Shown one piece after another: positions 61,351 to 64,000 of a DNA stretch of 64,000 bases. Source of the stretch: Eledone cirrhosa (Eukaryota); assembly GCA_964016885.1 (NCBI GenBank), contig OZ024745.1:4960001-5024000 (forward strand), given 5' to 3'. The notes under the pieces were generated by a model. It was not told where the DNA came from, did no database searches, and saw only the letters and a list, made by a program, of their open reading frames with translations. Positions within the stretch are counted from its first letter, which is position 1, and every line of letters begins with the position of its first letter. Made by a program: the position numbers and the translations under genes.

Positions 61351-64000
61351 AATAGGTCCCTTTATATAGTGTAGGACTATACCACACACTCCATCATAGG
61401 TACCTTCATCTAGTCTAGGACTATACCACACACTCCATAATAGGTACCTTCATCTAGTCTGGGACTATACCACACACTCCATCATAGGTACCTTCATCTA
61501 GTCTAGAACTATACCACACACTCCATCATAGGTACCTTCATCTAGTGTAGGACTATACCACACACTCCATCATAGGTACCTTCATCTAGTGTAGGACTAT
61601 ACCACACACTCCATAATAGGTACCTTCATCTAGTGTAGGACTATACCACACACTCCATCATAGGTACCTTCATCTAGTGTAGGACTATACCACACACTCC
61701 ATAATAGGTACCTTCATCTAGTGTAGGACTATACCACACACTCCATAATAGGTACCTTTATATAGTGTAGGACTATACCACACACTCCATCATAGGTACC
61801 TTCATCTAGTCTAGGACTATACCACACACTCCATAATAGGTACCTTCATCTAGTCTAGGACTATACCATACACTCCATCATAGGTACCTTCATCTAGTCT
61901 GGGACTATACCACACACTCCATCATAGGTACCTTCATCTTGTGTAGGACTATACCCCACACTCCATCATAGGTACCTTCATCTAGTGTAGGACTATACCA
62001 CACACTACATCATAGGTACCTTCATCTAGTGTAGGAGTATACCACACACTCCATCATAGGTACCTTCATCTAGTCTGGGACTATACCACACACTCCATCA
62101 TAGGTACCTTCATCTAGTGTAGGACTATACCACGCACTCCATCATAGGTACCTTCATCTAGTGTAGGACTATACCACACACTACATCATAGGTACCTTCA
62201 TCTAGTCTGGGACTATACCACACACTCCATCATAGGTACCTTCATCTAGTGTAGGACTATACCCCACACTCCATCATAGGTACCTTCATCTAGTGTAGAA
62301 CTATACCACACACTACATCATAGGTACCTTCATCTAGTGTAGGACTATACCACACACTCCATCATAGGTACCTTCATCTAGTCTGGGACTATACCACACA
62401 CTCCATCATAGGTACCTTCATCTAGTGTAGGACTATACCACACACTCCATCATGGGTAACTTTATATAGTGTAGGACTATACCACACACTCCATCATAGG
62501 TACCTTCATCTAGTGTAGGACTGTACCGCACACTCCATCATAGGTACCTTCATCTAGTGTAGGACTATACCACACACTCCATCATAGCTAACTTTATTTA
62601 GTGTAGGACTATACCACACACTCCATCATAGGTACCTTTATATAGTGTTGGACTCTACCAGACACTCCATTATAGGTACCTTCATCTAGTCTAGGACTAT
62701 ACCACACACTCCATCATAGGTACCTTCATCTAGTCTGGGACTATACCACACACTACATCATAGGTACCTTTATATAGTGTAGTACTATACCAGACACTCC
62801 ATCATAGGTACCTTCATCTAGTGTAGCACTATACCACACACTCCATAATAGGTACCTTTATATAGTGTAGGACTATACCACACACCCCATAATAGGTACC
62901 TTCATCTAGTGTATGACTATACCACACACTCCATCATAGGTACCTTCATCTAGTCTAGGACTATACCACACACTCCATAATAGGTACCTTTATGTAGTGT
63001 AGGACTATACCACACACTCCATAATAGGTACCTTCATCTAGTGTAGGACTATACCACACACTCCATCATAGGTACCTTTATATAGTGTACGACTATACCA
63101 CTCACTCCATCATAGGTACCTTCATCTAGTGTAGGACTATACCACACACTACATCATAGGTACCTTTATATAGTGTAGGACTATACCACACACTCCATCA
63201 TAGGTACCTTCATCTAGTCTAGGACTATACCACACACTCCATCATAGGTACCTTCCTCTAGTCTGGGACTATACCACACACTCCATCATAGGTACCTTCA
63301 TCTAGTCGGGGACTATACAACACACTCCATCATAGGTACCTTCATCTAGTGTAGGACTATACCACACACTCCATCATAGGTACCTTCATCTAGTCTGGGA
63401 CTATACCACACACTCCATCATAGGTACCTTCATCTAGTCTAGGACTATACCACACACTCCATCATAGGTACCTTCATCTAGTCTGGGACGACTATACCAC
63501 ACACTCCATCATAGGTACCTTCATCTAGTCTAGGACTATACCACACACTCCATAATAGGTACCTTTATACAGTGTAGGACTATACCACACACTCCATCAT
63601 AGGTACCTTCATCTAGTGTGGGACTATACCACACACTCCATAATAGGTACCTTTATATAGTGTAGGACTATACCACACACTCCATCATAGGTACCTTCAT
63701 CTAGTCTGGGACTATACCACACACTCCATATTAGGTACCTTTATATAGCGTAGGACTATACCACACACTCCATCATAGGTACCTTAATCTATTGTAGGAC
63801 TATACCACACACTCCATAATAGGTACCTTCATCTAGTGTAGGACTATACCACACACTCCATCATAGGTACCTTTATATAGTGTAGGACTATACCACACAC
63901 TCCATCATGGGTACCTTTATATAGTGTAGGACTATACCACACACTCCATAATAGGTACCTTCATCTAGTGTAGGACTATACCACACACTCCATAATAGGT

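Larger units (their letters stand above)
2924..64000. repeat. 44-bp tandem satellite array, ~1,390 head-to-tail monomers, continues past the window end
   Basis: Consensus GGACTATACCACACACTCCATCATAGGTACCTT(C/T)AT(C/A)TAGT(G/C)T(A/G). Period 44 (GGACTATACC at 3061, 3105, 3281). About 43% GC, no CpG in the consensus, one KpnI site (GGTACC) per monomer. No orientation switch or foreign insertion seen. Confidence 0.99.

Noticed and set aside
2924-64000. CRISPR array (44-bp period, palindromic core)
   Set aside because: Monomers are directly adjacent with no unique spacers. The variable part is a few recurrent SNP alleles, there are no cas genes, and the context is eukaryotic.
2924-64000. Coding repeat, telomeric repeat or tRNA/5S gene array
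   Set aside because: Stop codons occur on both strands and the period is not a multiple of 3. There is no TTAGG(G)-type motif, the unit is too short, and it lacks recognisable tRNA or 5S features.
2924-64000. Assignment as the centromere, or 4x44 = 176 bp nucleosome phasing
   Set aside because: No 4-monomer periodicity of variants is visible, and centromere function cannot be inferred from sequence alone.

Overview
Eukaryotic, animal-like genomic DNA with no prokaryotic features. The first ~2.9 kb is AT-rich and intron-like. It holds a decayed minus-strand mariner (DD34D) transposase whose HQDNA catalytic motif has expanded into a 15-copy 20-bp minisatellite, a 100-bp coding exon (1751-1850, coiled-coil, resembling centrosomal CEP112 from memory), a truncated RTE-type LINE 3' end and a degenerate ~46-bp repeat. 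From ~2924 to the window end (61 kb, ~1,390 copies) runs one uninterrupted head-to-tail 44-bp satellite (GGACTATACCACACACTCCATCATAGGTACCTTCATCTAGTGTA). Rare variants show nested higher-order duplications (19-, 42-, 47-50-, 70-, 76-, 90- and ~128-monomer blocks) and two domains with different private variants. The exon ends in an open phase-1 donor and no next exon is seen, so the satellite appears to lie in a giant intron. All alignments were done by eye, and family and gene assignments are from recall, not database searches.
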